Shown: positions 26,586 through 39,749 of the stretch, in pieces
How the letters are laid out: each line of letters starts with the position of its first letter
How positions within the stretch are numbered: the first letter of the stretch is position 1
Origin: Octopus sinensis
Taxonomy: Eukaryota
Assembly: GCF_006345805.1 (NCBI RefSeq)
Contig: NC_043013.1
Coordinates: 41,230,001 to 41,294,000, forward strand
Direction of reading: 5' to 3'
Length of the DNA: 64,000 bases
The notes under the pieces: model-generated
The model's database searches: none
Seen by the model: only the letters and a program-made list of their open reading frames with translations
Told to the model about the DNA's origin: nothing
Program-made: the position numbers and the translations under genes

Positions 26586-26986
26586 GGCGTAGGAGTGGCT
26601 GTGTGGTAAGTAGCTTGCTTACCAACCACATGGTTCCGGGTTCAGTCCCACTGTGTGGCACCTTGGGCAAATGTATTCTACTATAGCCTCGGGCCGACCA
26701 AAGGCTTGTGAGTAGATTTGGTAGACAGAAACTGAGAGAATGCCGTCGTATATATGTATATATATATATATGTGTATATGTTTGTGTGTCTGTCTCCTCA
26801 ACATCGCTTAACAACCGATGCTGGTATGTTTACGTCCCCGTAACCTAGCGGTTCGGCAAAAGAGACTGATAGAATATGTACTAGGCTTACAAAGAATAAG
26901 TCTTGGGGTCGACTTGCTCGACTAATGGTGGTGCTCCAGCATGGCTACAGTCAAATGACTGAAACAAGTAAAAGAGTAAAAGAGTA
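26586..26986 (+). mobile_element. SINE family A, full length
   Basis: Full family A pattern. Confidence 0.9.
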
Positions 26987-27606
26987 AGTACCTAAACGTA
27001 TTAAATAAATAAAAAAAAATAACTCCTGGAGTCGATTTGAACGTCTAAACTCTTCAACGCAGTGCCCCAGCTTGGTCGTAGTCCAGTAAATGAAACAAAT
27101 AAAAGATAAACGATAGCCCACTATCTACTCCCACATAGACTAAAATTACCCCCAAACTTTTCCACGTAGGCCAGTATCAAAACCGTTGGCAAACTTCTTG
27201 CCTCATAGACTCACACTTCCTTACATAGAGTTCTGCCGTGGCTTTCAGCTGTTAAACAAACACGTCTGTACATAGTTTCTCGAATCTTTGGGAAGAGATA
27301 AGGATTTGCAACATGGCGAGCGAACGAAAGTTGTCCGTGTTGTTTTTAGATCAGGTTTGTATTTGATGAAAGCGTTTGCACCCTTCCCATTCGCAGAGAT
27401 TGCCTACTTGAATGTGTAAATGTGTGTATGTATGTGAGTGTATGCTTGCGTGTGTGTGTGTTTGTGGGGGGGGGTGTCAGTGTATGTATGTATGTATGTA
27501 TGTGTATGAATACATTTGTATGGATGTGTGCGTATTTGTGTGTATGTGAATGTGCGCATATGTGTGTGTGGATTTGTGCGCGCGCGTGTGTGTGTGTGTG
27601 TATTTG

Positions 27607-27649
<43 letters not shown>

Positions 27650-27947
27650 TGCGCGCGCGCGTGTGTGTGTGTCAGTGTATGTATGTGTATGAATACATTT
27701 GTATGGATGTGTGCGTATTTGTGTGTATGTGAATGTGCGCATATATGTGTGTGGATTTGTGTGTGTGGTGTGTGAGTGTGTGTGTGTGTATTTGTGTGTA
27801 TTTGTGTGTGTGTGTTGTGTGTGTGTGTTTATGTGTTTGTTCGCGGTTTGCGATATGTACAAGTTACATTGTTTGCACAGACTTGTTTCTCTAATATATA
27901 TGGCTTCTTAGTGTGAATTAATGAGTATGTATATATATATGCCAGTA

Positions 27948-27990
<43 letters not shown>

Positions 27991-28413
27991 CTGTATGTAT
28001 GTAAACATGTTTGTATGTATGCATTTCTTTGTTTGTATGTATGTATGTATGTATATGTATGTATGTATGTATGTATGTATGCATGTATGTATGTATGTTT
28101 GTTGCTTGTATATATATGTGCCTATATATTTCTGTATATATGCTATGTATGAGTGGGTATATGTACAAGCATATACGCTAAGAGTATATGCACAAAAATG
28201 TGTGTGTATCTATGTTTATTTACATCTGGCCAAAATAATTACCAACTTATGCACATGTATTCAATTTTGTTTGCATAAACAGAGGACTATATATACATAT
28301 ACATACACAGACACACAACACACAGACACACACACACATACACACACACATATCTGTGTGTGTGTGTGTGTGTGCGTCTGTGCTTGTGCGTTTGTATAAA
28401 AGTATGGAATGTG

Positions 28414-28451
<38 letters not shown>

Positions 28452-28462
28452 TATTTATACAA

Positions 28463-28500
<38 letters not shown>

Positions 28501-28520
28501 TCTATATATATATAAACGAA

Positions 28521-29357
28521 CGAGGTGCGTTCCAGAAGTTTCGAGACTTTTCAGGCGAGGTGGTTATAACTGTAGTAGATAATTGTAAGTTTAGTATAAC
28601 ATTACTACGCATACAATACGCTGACCGGTCAAATTTTGTTATTCCAGATTGAAGGAGACAGCTCTAGCAGCACTTTGAACACAAACTACGAAACACTGCT
28701 AATCACAGCTGACTAGTTCCCAGAATGCAGCCGAGACTGGAAGACAATTTGGATGCAGACTATGCAACAAATTTTGCGTTAAATTGGGCAAAACCGTTTC
28801 AGAAGCTTATGAAATGCTGCAGGCTGTTCATGGATTGGCTTGTATTTAACTTACAGATCAACTAATTTTCGCTGGTAAAAGATGCTAACGAAAGCAAGTC
28901 CATTGGAAAGCTCATGATGATACGATTTTGCAACAGCGAGAGCATTCTCGATATCTCTTGGGTTCTCTCTGGCCAGACGCTCAAGAAAGAGTACTTTGAG
29001 GAGGTTATGAGGGAGTTCAGGAAGAATGTTTGAGGGCAAAGGCCAGAGCACCTGTATTAAGACAATTAACAAGTCCACAGTTCCATCCTGGTAGCCAGGT
29101 TCTAGGCAGAGATAGGCATCAAAAGTATCCTCGTATTCTCCTAACGGTCCAGGCCTTGTTCCCTGTGACTGTTCGTTCTTTCGCAAGTTGAAGAAGATGG
29201 TCCGGAACATCTTCACCTTGGATGACTTACACAGAGACTACGCGAACTGGCTGCAGCGCTACAATGATGGGCATTGCAAGCAGAGATTAGCGTGTCCTAC
29301 TTCTTTGAAATTAATGTCTCTCCTGGAAAAGACTCAAAACTTCTGGAATGCGCGCTT

Positions 29358-29358
<1 letters not shown>
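28521..29358 (+). mobile_element. Decayed, internally deleted mariner element
   Basis: Imperfect TIRs CGAGGTGCGTTCCAGAAGTTTCGAGACT / AGACTCAAAACTTCTGGAATGCGCGCTTG. Remnants NKFCVKLGKTVSEAYEMLQAVHG, GQTLKKEYFEEV and a degenerate YSPDLAPCD-like segment (YSPNGPGLVPCD). Confidence 0.85.
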
Positions 29359-29413
<55 letters not shown>

Positions 29414-29518
29414 CACACACACACACAACACATATCACGTGCATTCATATATACATGCGTACATAGACACACAAACACACATATAAGTGTCTGTGTATAT
29501 ATATATATAAGTCAGTGT

Positions 29519-29556
<38 letters not shown>

Positions 29557-29986
29557 GGCGCAGGAGTGGCTGTGTGGTAAGTAGCTTGTTTACTAACCAC
29601 ATGGTCCCGGGTTCAGTCCCACTGCGTAGCACCTTCGGCAAGTGTCTTCTACTATAACCTCGGGCCAACCAAAGCCTTGTGAGTGGATTTGGTAGACGGA
29701 AACTGAAAAGAAGCCCGTTGTATATATATATATATATATTATATATATGCATGTGTGTGTTTGTGTGTCTGTGTTTGTCCCCCTAGCATTGCTTGACAAC
29801 TGATGCTGGTGTGTTTATGTCCCCGTTACTTAGCGGTTCGACAAAAGAGACCGATAGAATAAGTACTGGGCTTACAAAGAATAAGTCCCGGGGTCGAGTT
29901 GCTCGATTAAAGGCGGTGCTCCAGCATGGCCACAGTCAAATGACTGAAACAAGTAAAAGAGTAAAAGAGTAAAAGAGTAAAGAGTA
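29557..29986 (+). mobile_element. SINE family A, full length (a second 5' fragment follows at 29995-30070)
   Basis: Full family A pattern with (AAAAGAGT)n tail. Confidence 0.9.
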
Positions 29987-30654
29987 TATATATAGGCTGT
30001 GTAGTAAGTAGCTTGCTTACCAACCACATGGTTCTGGGTTCAGTCCCAATACGTGGCACCTTGCGCAATATTCTACTCTGAATTTCAACAAACATTTACG
30101 CTGAACACACTGGTATAGATATACGGATATATACACGAGAGAGAAAGAACGAGTGAGTGGAAGAAGCATACAGAAAGAGATGGTGAGGGATAAAAAGACA
30201 GAGAGACAACTTGTAAACCATGCGTATGTAAAAACATCCATTTGCATGATCGCAGATTATCCAGCCGGACCACCACCACCACCACCACCATCACTAATAC
30301 CATCTCAAACACATGGAAACACGTTTGCCAAGCCAACGAGGAAACCTTCCTAGTGGCACGATTTGCTAGAAATAACAACCAAATCTACATCACAAATAGT
30401 GTTTTCGCTATGCAAAAAGGGAAGCGTTCTAAGGATAATGTAGTCCTATATACGTAAAAAAGACTGGATGGACACGGGTAGAATATCTGACATTGAAGGT
30501 CAAATAAATTAAGTTTCTCTACACAGCAACATCAACTACAACAACAATACCAACAACAACAACAACAATAATATCAACAACAGCAAAATATTCGCAACAA
30601 TATTGCTGATACACCATATTCTATATGCGCGAAACAAAACGTCCGCCAAAGTCT

Positions 30655-30744
30655 CTGGCAGCCATAGTCAAGTTAAAGTAGATAAACGGTTAGCCCTAAT
30701 TTGAAGCAACATGGTGTGTGTAAGACTCACTGTTGCGTAATCAC
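30655..30744. repeat. Conserved 90-bp core of an old ~1.9-kb tandem duplication (copy 1)
   Basis: 89/90 identical to 32583-32672; flanks visibly more diverged. Confidence 0.9.
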
Positions 30745-30800
30745 GAAGTCGATCGTTCTGATAAACGCTAGATGTATACATCAGTGTTTCTTATTTTAAG

Positions 30801-30855
<55 letters not shown>

Positions 30856-31025
30856 TACTGTTTATATATATATATATATACTCATGTATATATGATTTTG
30901 TATATACATATTTATAATATATACATATGTGTATGTGTGTGTGTATGTATATGTATGTATTTATGTATATATATGTATATAAGTTTATATATATATTGTT
31001 TATAGAATATATTTTATATATCCTG

Positions 31026-31057
<32 letters not shown>

Positions 31058-31063
31058 ACACAC

Positions 31064-31134
<71 letters not shown>

Positions 31135-31181
31135 TATATATTCGTGAGTGTGTGTATGTAGATATCTCTCCATGTATCAGC

Positions 31182-31237
<56 letters not shown>

Positions 31238-31347
31238 CTCTGTCTCTGTCTCTCTCTCTCTCTCTCTCTAAATGTATATATATATATATATATATATATT
31301 TATCAGTCTGTATGTCAATATGTTATAATATATTATATATATATATA

Positions 31348-31388
<41 letters not shown>

Positions 31389-31861
31389 TTACTAGAACAT
31401 TTCTCTATGCACCTATGTATTTTTATGTGTGACTATAATTGGTTGTGTATGCATGACTCAGTATATGTACAAGCATCATGTGTGTTTGTGCGTGTGTGTG
31501 TTAAGAATTATAGCAAAAACGCGTCAAAATATTTGTTTTATTTACATCTGATTAAAATAACCGGCAACCCATGCACTCGGAGTCAGTTGCGTATGCACCT
31601 TTGCAAAAATAATCATGTACGTGTGTGCGTGCGTGCGTGTGTGTGTGTGTATATATATATATATACATATACATCAATATATATATATCTTTATAAATAT
31701 CCAAAGATATATATAGATATACCAACATACAAACATGTATATAGATATATAAATATGCAAACGTGTACATGTATATATATGTATAATATATATACATTTA
31801 CATGTATATATATATATATATGTATGTATATACGTCAATGTATGCATATATAGATATATGA

Positions 31862-31899
<38 letters not shown>

Positions 31900-31974
31900 T
31901 ATATAATATATATTTACATAGACAAATAAATATTATATATCTGTATATAAACACATTCATACTAGCATATGTAC

Positions 31975-32021
<47 letters not shown>

Positions 32022-32582
32022 TGTATGTATGTATGTATGTATGTACGTTTGTGCGCGTGTGTGTTTTGATGGGTTATATGTTTGTGTTTGTGCGTGTGTA
32101 TTTGTGTGTGCAACATCAGACGTTGAGAGAGATGGAGAGATAATATGCTATATTTATGCGCACCGTACATGTTAAAATTACTCATATGCATGATCACACG
32201 TGACCCCGCTGCACCACCACTACCACCATCAGCACTATTACCATCATTTTATCCATCAACATCACCACCATCACCAACATGATTATCAACATCACTTTCA
32301 CTGCCACTACACACAGGAAGATGTTTCCTAAGTGGTCGCTTGACTCACAAGAAATACCAACGAAATATCACTCGCATACATGAAACAGCACAGATCACAT
32401 TGGAGAAAGTACTCCTTTTTCTTTTGTAAGAGGGGTTGGTCATGTGTGGAATGTTGTCTATTCAATAAATTTGATTTTAAGTTAAACAACAATACCAACA
32501 ATAGCAACAACATTTTTACAACAATATTCAATGCTTATATACCATATTCTATATAAGTAAAACAACATGTCTGCCAAAGTTT

Positions 32583-32672
32583 CTGGCAGCCATAGTCAAG
32601 TTACAGTAGATAAACGGTTAGCCCTAATTTGAAGCAACATGGTGTGTGTAAGACTCACTGTTGCGTAATCAC
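32583..32672. repeat. Conserved 90-bp core (copy 2)
   Basis: As above; offset 1928 bp. Confidence 0.9.
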
Positions 32673-32848
32673 AATTCAATCGCTTTGATAAAGGGTGTTT
32701 GTGTGTGTGTGTGTGTGTGTGTATGCACCCACACACATACATGTGTATATATATATGTGTGTGTTTGAATGCATATTTTCACACACACTTATACACACGT
32801 GTACGTATATATACTCTTTTTGTATACAACTGCCTACCAAAGATACAT

Positions 32849-33062
32849 TTCTTTACTGCCCACAAGGGGATAAACACAGAGGGGACAAACAAGGACAGAT
32901 AAATGCATTAAGTCGATTATATCGGCCCCAGTGCGTAACTGGTACTTAATTTATCGACCCCGAAAGGATGAAAGGCAAAGTCGACCTCGGCGGAATTTGA
33001 ACTCAGAACGTAACGGCAGACGAAATACGGCTACGCATTTCGCCCGGCCTGCTAACGTTTCT
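32849..33062 (-). mobile_element. SINE family C, near full length
   Basis: Reverse complement of AGAAACGTTAGCAGGCCGGGCGAAATGCGTAGCCGTATTTCGTCTGCCGTTACGTTCTGAGTTCAAATTCCGCCGAGG... Confidence 0.9.
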
Positions 33063-33067
33063 CTGGA

Positions 33068-34575
33068 ATAAGACATTAGTTTATTCCTTTTGGGTGACTT
33101 TAACTTCACCAACGTGGAATGGCCTGGGGGCCAGATGCTCCCAGGAATGACACACCAGCAACAAGGCGGTGTCCTTGTTTTACCTTACAAATGTTTCTCT
33201 CATGGAGCAAATTGTGTTGCAACCAACCAGGAAAATGATATACTGGATCTCTGCTTCACAAACAATAAGGATATTATCCATAATATTAAAGTGACACCGA
33301 CGCTGGTCTCGGATCACAACATAATAGAACTGTCTATGTATGGACGAAAAGCCCCTGAAGATGTACAGCCTATAAGAAGCACCCCAAATCTCTCCGAACT
33401 GAATTTTCATAAAGCAAACTGGAAGTTGATTGAGAAAGAGATCCTCAAACAGGATTGGCCTAAATGTCTCTCCACACCAGACATTGACATGGAATACAAA
33501 CATTTCATGTCCATAATGCCAGACGTATGTGACAAATCTGTTTCAGAGCGCAGGACCAACATACACAAGAACAGGATTCCTAGGGAAAGGATGATTCTTA
33601 TGAGACGACGGACAGAGATTGCGAACCGCTTGAACAAGCACCTAAAAAGGGGTGAGAAGTCTCGCCTGGAGAGAGCGCTGTTGGAGACTGAGAAAAGTCT
33701 GCATCCATTTCACGAAAAGGAGAGAGCAGGTAAGGAAGCTTGGGTTATAGTAAATATAAATTCGAATCCTGAAGAGTTCTTTAAGTTTGCCAAAGAAACA
33801 GCCTCAGTACGCCACAAAATATGACCTCTCTTCCAAAAAGATGGATCCCTCATAGGAAACCTAATGAGGATGAGTGAAATACTGAACGAGCAATTCCAAA
33901 ATGTGTTCGCTACACCTCTGGGACACGGGCAAGTGAACACACCAGCAAAATTCTCTGTCACTTTACCTGTAACCAAAGAAGCGAAAATTGATTACCTCAG
34001 CATTGAAGATGTAACACTGGCCGTAGATGTGGCTGACACAAATACAACTGCTGCCTTGATGGATTCCCAACGGTCCTTCTCAAATCGTCAAACGAGCCCT
34101 TGCCTAACCACAGCAGCTTCTTTTTCAGAGCTTTCTTGCCAGTGGTAAGCTCCCAGACAAACTGAAGGAAGGGATAATAAGCCCTATCCATAAAGGAGAA
34201 GGCAGAACATGTGCTAAAAATTATTGACCTATCTCTCTGACCTCACACATCAGCAAAGTCATGGAACGGACAGTCAAGGAACTAATTTCGTTCCTTGAAG
34301 AGAATGACTTGCTGACTGACACCCAGTATGGATTTCGACCAGGTAGGAGCCGCCTGTCACAGCTCTTGCAACATTACGATTGGGTATTAAAACAACTGCT
34401 AAATGACTCAAGTGTGGATATGATATATCTTGACTTTGCAAAAGCCTTTGATAAATTCGTCTATGGTATGATATGTCGCAAACTGCGTGCTCTCGGCACA
34501 GTCGGGAAACTTAGAGAGTGGCTGCACGACTTACTTAAAGATAGACGTCAGGCATTGGTGGCCAATTGAGCCGCC
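33068..34575 (+). mobile_element. CR1/Jockey-group LINE ORF2 fragment (APE C-terminus to RT N-terminus), pseudogenised
   Basis: GDFNFTNVEW, ILDLCFTNN, SDHNIIEL, QYGFRPGRSRLSQLL and YLDFAKAFDK motifs spread over frameshifted ORFs. Confidence 0.9.
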
Positions 34576-35830
34576 TCAAATTTTTTTAATACACTTCCTA
34601 ATAATGTTACAGCGAGAAATCACGGTGAATGGCTTGTTTACAAGTCCGAATGTGTTTTTTTCATGTCCGAATTCGTATGAACATTGCATTTTTACTTATC
34701 ACTGCTTAGAGCACTCACCCCATAATTTAAATTATAAAAATATAATGGGATTTTTTAAACATCGAATGGCTATGAGGGTCCACCTGATTTAAATAGAAAT
34801 CAAAGGGGTCCATAATCAAAGAATCGTTGGAAACCACGGCTCTAAACTAACATATTTTCAAGACTAGATAATACTTTCAATTGTTAAGAAAGTCGATTAT
34901 TCTGGAAATGAAAACTGATAAATTGAATCAAGATCAAAATGGAAAAGGTTTCCAGGTCCCTCAAACGAAGCTACTAGTGGAACAATCAAATGATACTTAG
35001 GAGCACAGGAGCTTCAATAAGTTCAAAACAAAAATCATACACAATCCCGATCCTACAGCTGTTGTCTCTGTCCACATCTTTACTTGGATTTTAGTGCTCC
35101 TCAGTCAGTTGGTGACTCGTTAACCCTGCATAAATTTCTATTACATTATATGATTTGTAACCTCCATGTTTGGTACATTTGTAGACAATTCAGTTGCGAT
35201 GTATAAATATCAAACATCGCTTTCATTCCTTCGCTGAGTGCAATCTCGGTCTATGGACCTCTGGGCTATGCTACCACAATATGTCACTCTGCTCAACGAA
35301 AACTTTAACAAATATATAATGTATTTTTTCATATATCGTCTGTTCTGTATTCCATTACTTCTGTTACATCACACATCGTATGTTATGCTATTTATTCATT
35401 GTTTATTATATTTCTCTTCGTTGGACTGTTTGAAATGTAAAAAATATAATAACTACACAACACACATTGCTGTCGTGGGATGTTAATTTACTTACTGAAA
35501 GGTGACTTTTCACTCTGCCGATAAGCGGAGTCACATTTTATAACCACTTAAATAGACCTACGTGTTGCAAATTTCTTTTTTGGTTTCTATATTTGCCACT
35601 TTCAGATCAGCCGGCAGCAAATCAATTTGATAAATGTTTCCCCAACGTAACATATGCAAACTAGCTTGCTAACAAATAACTGTTTGAATTTGCAGTGAGT
35701 GTGTGTGTTTTTATGAATAAACATCATTAAAAGCGTTTCTTTGTATTTGGTATGTTGTGCGAAACGCTTCCTGTGTTCCATATTATTTTCTCTACAATAA
35801 TATTACCACTTATAGACGGCAGTATGTAAA

Positions 35831-36161
35831 GGCGTGTGGCTTAGTGGTTAAGGCATTCGGCTTACGATCGCAAGATCGTGAGTTCGATTCCTGGCGATAC
35901 GTTATGTTTTTGCGTTGTTCCAGTCCAATCAACTGGCAAAAATGAGTTGTATCTGTATTTCAAAGGTCCAGCCTGGTTACACTTTGTGTCACGCAGAATA
36001 TCTCTTAGAACTACGTTAAGGGTGTACGTATCTGTGGAGTACGCATGTTAAGGGTACGCATGCTTGTGCAGTGCTCAGCCATTTGCATGTTAATTTCACG
36101 AGCGGGCCGTTCCGTTGATCGGATCATTTAGAAGACTCGTCGTCGTAACCGACGGAATACC
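35831..36161 (+). mobile_element. SINE family B
   Basis: GGCGTGTGGCTTAGTGGTTAAG head, GAGTTCGATTCC B box, GTAACCGACGG 3' end. Confidence 0.8.
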
Positions 36162-37859
36162 TCTGTAGATGATAGAATATGACATTGGTTATCGTGGAGT
36201 CTAAGGTTTGGATTAAATTCATCGATTAGTTTACTAATTTATTTTACTTCTTATTTTTATATATATATATATATATATATTTTACATATTTTAGCATCAC
36301 GCACAAGCGAACACAAAGGCCATGCTGGAGCATAGCCGCAGTAAAATGATTGAAACCAGTAAAAGACAAATATTCAGATTGCAAAAATACAGAATGGCAG
36401 CAAGACAGAGGAAGAAAAAGAGAACGAGGAGGGCGAGTGAATGATGAGAGGAAAAGTTTTAAAATCACGAAATACAAATAAAGAAAAAATATTTTCATCT
36501 TAATTTCTTTTTTCAAATTTAGGGTTTATATCCATGGTTTATATTTGGTTTCGTAATTTCGTTACGCTCCAACGATTTTTGGGAATTTTCACGCTTTGTC
36601 AGTTGTAATCCGATTTGGAAAACGAAAAAGAAAGGGACGGAAGAAAAGCTGGGTAAAACACGCCTAACATCATATACGTAACTTTTTATGAATCTTTTTT
36701 GCTTTCGTTTTTCAGTATTCTTCTAAACCTTCTCGTATGTCAACAAATATAAATATTTTAGTATGTTTATTTAACGATTGGATTGTTACAGTGAGACATC
36801 GTTTCCGCTGACGAACATCAAAAAGGAAAAAAAATGGTTAATCGTATCCGGAAATTTCAAGTGAAAAACAAAGCAACGATGTTTGATCGTCAACTAAAAT
36901 TACAGTTCTTTTATTGCATATTTCAATATAGGTAAGTCAGTGTTAATATATTAAATGCGTTAAAAAGCTTACTAGAAATAAATATACGGTAAGAAAAACA
37001 GAGAGCAAGTGCAGGAACCATACTGGTTAATGTAAAATAATAATTCTGTATGTAGATATATTTAATGCGTTAATAAGATAACTAGAAATAAATACACGCG
37101 TAGGAAAACAAACAAACGGTATTGATCAAAGCCTAATATTAATTCTTATTGTTCTGGCAAGTACAATGGAAAGCTGTAGACATGTTTCGGTCTTATTCAC
37201 ATCTTATCAGCGATGCACAAACCTCACCGTATTTATGGATATAGTAATGACAAAAATTACTAAATTTAATTTCGAGTGAAATTTAATTTGGAGTAGTAGC
37301 TATAATTTTGGGTGGTAGATTTAATCCGTAATAGGGTATAATTCCACCGCAGGGTCTTTGGGTGCCCTTGGCGAAGTTCACTCCCTTATAAGCATTTGGA
37401 TTAGATCTCCGATTTATGAAAAGAAAACCTTTCCTTTCCCTCACTTTGAAGCGTTGAAAAAATATAAATGGTCACAGATGCTGCCCATCCTTCCCTTACG
37501 AAACGCCAGAAAAAGGAAACGGGAAAACAAATAAACAAGGTTGTATATTTGTTGACAGAGAAAGACAGAATTGCTTTTGAAATTAAATCATTCAAGAACA
37601 CGATCTACATCGATTGGAAATCGATAGATTTTATGTGGATGGCCTCTTCGAATAATTTACTATCTGTGTATATTTTAGATCTTTAAAGCGGTAATCATTA
37701 AACGTATTACTTCACGTACAAAACCAAGTAGAACTGGAGTGTTTGAAAGATTCAGACGTATTCCTATACCCCTACATATCTATGCATATGTAATTATTAA
37801 CTAACGTTTAATTTTGTGCTTTTTTCTAGATTCGATGACTAATAATCAGGTCATTTAAA

Positions 37860-38420
37860 GGCAGGCAAGCTGGCAGAATCGTTAGCACGTCGGGCGAAAT
37901 GCTGAGCGGTATTTCGTCTGCAGTTACGTTCTGAGTTCAAATTCCGCCGAGGTCGACTTTGCCTTTCATCCTTTCGGGGTCGATAAATTAAGTACCAGTT
38001 ACGCACTGGGGTCGATGTAATTGACTTAATCCGTTTGTCTGTCCTTGTTTGTCCTCCCTGTGTTTGGCCCCTGGGGGATAGTAAAGAAATAGGTATTTCG
38101 TCAGCCGCTACGTTCCTAGTTCAAATTCCGCCGAGGTCGATTCGGGGTCGATTAAATAAGTACCAGTTACGCACTGGGGTCGATATAATCGACTTAATCA
38201 GTTTGTCTGTCCTTGTTTGTCCTCTCTGTGTTTATCCCTTTGTGGGTAGTAAAGAAATAGGTATCTCGTTCGTCTTATAATCTGAGTTGAAATTCCGCCC
38301 AGACCCGCTTTGCTTTTCATACTTTCGAGGCTCGTTAAAATAAGTTGATCACTGGGGCCGATATAAACAGCTTAACCCCATTTCCCGAAATTGCTGGCGT
38401 TGTGCCAAAGTTTGAAACCA
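37860..38420 (+). mobile_element. SINE family C trimer (full unit + two headless units)
   Basis: Head AGCTGGCAGAATCGTTAGC at ~37868; later units restart at GGTATTTCG/GGTATCTCG (38092, 38260). Confidence 0.85.
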
Positions 38421-38624
38421 ACGATTGGCTTATTCTCATAATTAAGAAACACAACGGTCAAAATCGTGACTATTTCCGCGTACTTCTACCCATTTATCTT
38501 TCATATAGATAGGCTTGCAATACAGATCTTTTTATTGTTATTCAAGGTGTGTTTATCGTTATCCGAGCAATAAAATCGATTTATTTGTTCATCCATATCG
38601 GTTTAACCATATATTAAAACTTAC

Positions 38625-38777
38625 GTCCTTCTGTAATAATCTGCGTACATCTCTCGAGTTGCTTAACACTCTGAGACACTCTGATCGAAAATGACAATAC
38701 TTAAAACGGTTACCCGATATGGTGAGGAACGTTACGAATATTAGAAGGACAGGTGACATCATGGACATCATTTGCAT
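38625..38777 (-). CDS. Candidate coding exon beginning with a signal-peptide-like segment
   Basis: MQMMSMMSPVLLIFVTFLTISG...RRLLQKD. Upstream pyrimidine-rich acceptor TTTGCAG| (exon start 38787). Donors G|GTAACC (38714, phase 1) and GAC|GTAAGT (38625, phase 0). No homology recognised. Confidence 0.3.
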
Positions 38778-39059
38778 ACAAGAAAAACTGCAAATGTCTC
38801 AATTCAGAGAAGAACATAAAAGATGAACTAATCAACCATGTCAAAAGAACTGTGACGAGTAAAGGGACGCCACGAATGTTGGGTTTTCAGTGTTAACGAG
38901 TCATGTAATGAAAAGTAAAATTAGAGTAAAATTCTTTCCCGAACCCTATAGATTCATAGCGCCGGTTTCCCGGATACATTGTGTATATATTCTCCACCTG
39001 GACAGGACACCGGTCCGTCGCAGGATTAATAATTTTTGCCGGCAACGTCAAATGAATTA

Positions 39060-39340
39060 TTTACATTATTTATATTTGACGGATATTTGTCCTCATCTTG
39101 TTTGTTGCTAACACAACGTTTCGGCTGACATACCCTCCAGTCTTCATCATGTGTCTTGGGAGAAATTTACTGTTATTCAGGTCACTGCTTGGAATCGAAC
39201 TCGGAATCTTGGGGTTAGTAGACCGCGCTCTTAACCACTACGCCACATGCCCGTGGGCTGATGAAGGTATATCAGCCGAAACGTTGTATTAACAATAGAC
39301 AAGATGAGGAGAAATGTCCGTCAAATGTATATAATGTAAA
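39060..39340 (-). mobile_element. tRNA-headed SINE ending in a minimal hammerhead (minus), with an inverted copy of its tail (plus)
   Basis: A box TGGCGTAGTGG (39245-39235), B box GAGTTCGATTCC (39202-39191), HHR remnant 39154-39111. Arms 39060-39128 and 39272-39340 are inverted. Confidence 0.75.
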
Positions 39341-39344
39341 TATA

Positions 39345-39749
39345 GGCACAGGACTGGGTGTGTGGTAAGTAGCTTGCTTACCAACCACATGGTTCAGTGC
39401 CATTGTCTGGCACCTTAGGCAAGTGTCTTCTACTATAGCCTTGTGAGTGAATTTGGTAGATGGAAACTGCAAGACGCCCGTCGTATATATGTATATATGT
39501 GTGTGTGTGTGTGTGTGCGTGCGCGTGTGTGTGTGTATGTTTGTGTGTTTGTGTTTCTTTCCCCAACATCTCTTGACAACCGATGCTGGTGTGTTTACGT
39601 CCCCGTGACTTAGCGGTTCGGCAAAAGAAACCAATAGAATAAGTAATAGACTTACAAGGAATAAGGCCTAGGGTCGATTTGCTCGACTATAGGCGGTGCT
39701 CCAGCATGACCGCAGTCAAATGACTGAAACAAATAAAGGAGTAAAAGAG
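39345..39749 (+). mobile_element. SINE family A inserted with 11-bp target-site duplication
   Basis: TAATGTAAATA at 39332-39342 and 39750-39760. Confidence 0.85.

Noticed and set aside
34600-34847. hAT-like right end (GTTGGAAACCACGG|CTCTAAAC)
   Set aside because: No matching left TIR or TSD found, so not listed as a feature.
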